From the NCBI GenBank assembly GCA_002269645.1, contig NIVC01003002.1, forward strand, positions 1-32,215: a stretch of DNA of 32,215 nucleotides. The letters run 5' to 3'. A program made the position numbers and the translations under genes. Positions 31,920 through 32,215 of this stretch are shown piece by piece; the stretch's first letter is position 1; every line of letters begins with the position of its first letter. The notes under the pieces were generated by a model. It worked only from the letters and a program-made list of their open reading frames with translations, was not told the origin of the DNA and did no database searches. This DNA comes from Macrostomum lignano (lineage: Eukaryota).

Positions 31920-32215
31920 AGTCAAGTGTGAGTCAAGTGTGAGTCAAATGTGAGTCAACTATGAGTCAAATGTGAGGAAACTGTGAGTCAACTATGAATC
32001 TGGTGTGAGTCAAATGTCAGTCAACTATGAATCAAGTGTGAGTCAACTATGAGTTAAGTGTGAGTCAATGTGAGTCAAGTGTAAGTCAAGTGTGAGTCAA
32101 CTATGAATCAAGTGTGAGTCAAGTGTGAATCAAATGTGGGTCAACTGTGAGTCAACTATGAGTCAACTATGATTCAGATATGAGTTTAGTCTAGTGTAAG
32201 ATAGCTCTGAACTCA
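31920..32215. repeat. 10-11 nt microsatellite (GTGTGAGTCAA / CTATGAGTCAA), intronic in gene B, runs off the window end
   Basis: Direct tandem repetition. Confidence 0.9.

Overview
This is eukaryotic (metazoan) genomic DNA, not a prokaryotic locus. Short GC-rich exons are separated by AT-rich GT-AG introns, and roughly 40-45% of the window is tandem repeat, with a different minisatellite in almost every large intron or spacer. The composition (polyQ/polyA-rich exons, dense 10-50 nt satellites) suggests a flatworm such as Macrostomum, but that is an unverified inference. Five protein-coding genes can be reconstructed by hand from splice sites, phases and remembered family motifs. (1) A terminal exon (+, 1292-2610) encodes a 14-aa TQSQ repeat, a Pro-rich tract and an acidic tail. 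(2) A HOIL-1/RBCK1-type RBR E3 ligase (+, 5587-7281) has an intact catalytic motif but no visible UBL/NZF exons. (3) A four-exon USPL1-like gene (+, 13240-19604) appears to have all three catalytic residues replaced. (4, 5) Two tandem Shisa-like (C*C*CC*CC) single-pass membrane genes with PPxY tails lie on the minus strand (20371-27240 complete; 31038-31903 3' part only and absent from the ORF track). Non-coding features include a 595-bp MULE-type MITE with a perfect 9-bp TSD, a larger degenerate nested inverted repeat, an RFX X-box, and satellites with visible hierarchical structure. Three single-base homopolymer deletions break reading frames and are probably assembly errors. No rRNA, tRNA or CRISPR array was seen. 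Most long repetitive ORFs in the track are satellite artefacts. All homology calls are from memory of family motifs; no searches were run.
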